The notes under the pieces were generated by a model. The model searched no databases, was not told where the DNA came from, and was given only the letters and a program-made list of their open reading frames with translations. Shown piece by piece: positions 62,212 through 64,000 of a DNA stretch of 64,000 bases; position 1 is the first letter of the stretch, and every line of letters begins with the position of its first letter. The DNA lies in the NCBI RefSeq assembly GCF_964204865.1, contig NC_135252.1, forward strand, positions 4,464,001 to 4,528,000. Reading direction: 5' to 3'. Origin of the DNA: Styela clava (Eukaryota). The translations under genes and the position numbers were made by a program.

Positions 62212-63955
62212 ATGGAGGTCACCGAAAATCCTCATCATTTGGATCCATATGAAATACATCAAGAGAACATGCAGAGACTGAAAGTTTTGACAACTGTGAG
62301 TAACTCAAGTCGCTCAGCTCCGAATTCTCCCATGCTAAGAAGAGCAACAGCAAATGACAAACTGGAAGGTTAGTATTTCACTGTATCAATTTGATCAATA
62401 GTGGTTACATTAGAATAATGTATTTAAAAGAAAACTGATTAAGAAAACAAATAAATAAAATTTAAGAAAGAGAACATTTATATTTTAGCAAAAACAAGTA
62501 GGCTACACTATTTCAAGCAAATATTTTCTGCCGAAACCACTTTCAAAAAATGGTGAGATCCTGGTATGGATATTTGAATGAAAAATTTTGTCATCCAATA
62601 TAGGAAAAAAAAGCAATCTTCTCTCACCAATGCTACCTCGTAAAAATGCACAAATCTCAGAAGAGAGCAGATCAAGAAGTTTGACCCATCTTTCAAAAAG
62701 TGATGGAACAAGAAGTAGAAGTATTTCACCAAGGTAAATACAACATTTTTTTTTAATTAATTTTCTATTTATATTATCAGTGATACAAGTAGTCATAAAA
62801 GCCATATTATAGTTTTCACAGTAGTGTTTGCACTCAATGTTAGTATCTATGAGCTTGTCGATTAACTTAAAAAAAATTTTGTACAACCAACTTGCCAAGT
62901 TACTTTTTATTCAAACTTCATAATGATGTCAATTCTTTTATATATTGAGTGAAAAGTAGATTTTCGAAAGTCGTTTTTGTTAATATAAACATTATTATTT
63001 AAACAATGATAAAACATTTCTTCAGTCCGAAGAATTTATCACCGAATGAATCACCGATAGGCTCTCCAATGACTGTCAGTGATCGAATCATTAGAACACA
63101 TTTCCTCAGCAATACAACTGGAAAACCGGGAAGTTACTTACTGAAAAAATCTGATGATATTGTCAAACAGAAGGTGTAATAACTTTCAATATTTAAAATC
63201 AACATTAAACACATGAAGAACTAGAACTATTTTCATTGTTAGCACAGGATTCGGCAATATTCAGTTGATTTAACTTTATTAATATTTTGTTCAGGAAAGC
63301 CCAACTGGCTCTCCACAAATGCTGGCAAGTCCCAGTTTAGAAAGAAGATATTTGAGTCCAAACATTCCCAGAAAATTACCTCCATTAAACAATGAAGGTT
63401 CAAACAAGCTCTCAATCCAATTAAAACCTCCAGCAACAATTGTAATTTCCCCAGCAACTGAGGAGTCCAACAATATGATCGCAAATCAAAACATAAAGGA
63501 TGTTGAGCAAGTGCAAACAACAACAATTTCAAAGAAAGAGAACAAAAAATCAGCATTGGCTGCAAAGCAAAATGAAGATTTATCCAGTATAAAGGCAAAT
63601 AGGCAAATTGCAAATGAAGATGACGGTGGTCCTTCACCCATTTCAGATATTCGCAAAAGGTATGGAGAGACTCTTTTAAAACCTAAAGTGACTAATGAGC
63701 CGACAGAAACTAAAAACATACCCAGTACTAAAGCCAAAATATTAAAGAAAAATGGCCCTCCAAAAAATATCAACGATTCAAAAACAAAAGAAGGTGAATC
63801 CAAACAAAGAAAACATCGCTATATTAAATACGGCAATACAAACAAAAGTCCAGGTTTCTTATCCCCTCCCACTGAACCAAGAGGGAGCAAAGATCTATCA
63901 GCAGCAATGGAAAATATATACAAAGGAAGGGATAGAAGGGTCTTCGAAGATTTAG
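62212..63955 (+). CDS. Unknown Ser/Pro/Lys-rich, probably disordered protein; multi-exon, continues beyond the right edge
   Basis: Five GT-AG exons join in frame: 62212-62368, 62502-62552, 62604-62733, 63026-63173, 63295-63955 (MEVTENPHH...RSAPNSPMLRR...LLSPMLPRK...ESPTGSPQMLASPSLERRYLSP). The start codon is uncertain. Confidence 0.75.
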
Positions 63956-64000
63956 GTATGTAATATTATAAGTGATAATACAGAGCATTTTACCTGAGGT

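Overview
AT-rich, gene-dense eukaryotic DNA with short GT-AG introns. The compact housekeeping genes, operon-like spacing and repeat types suggest an invertebrate chordate such as an ascidian; this is inference, not a proven assignment. Genes in order: C3orf38-like (-, truncated at the left edge), insect-type aaNAT/GNAT paralog 1 (+), MVD (+), GNAT paralog 2 (+), DNAJC16 (-), an intronless ZMYND11-like gene lacking the MYND finger (-), SUDS3 (-), THUMPD3 (+), glucose-6-phosphate 1-epimerase-like (+), LETM1 (-), PIGA (+), the 3' half of an anoctamin (-), and an unknown Ser/Pro/Lys-rich multi-exon gene (+) apparently nested antisense in an anoctamin intron. Repeats: a ~340-bp tRNA-derived SINE (at least 4 copies plus fragments), several hAT-type MITEs with 8-bp TSDs, a palindromic ~450-bp MITE family, a CCTAACCC-containing MITE family, Helentron/HINE-like elements and minisatellites. 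Most notable: (i) duplicated insect-type amine N-acetyltransferases flanking MVD, one in operon-like spacing; (ii) several operon-like same-strand gene runs with apparently unpaired splice acceptors; (iii) a MYND-less ZMYND11 next to SUDS3; (iv) clustering of TA-CCGG-TA / TA-CNG-TA motifs, probably transposon excision footprints, in the three divergent promoters; (v) the nested antisense gene; (vi) an obligatory 13-nt microexon. Exon boundaries were read by eye and may be off by a few bases.
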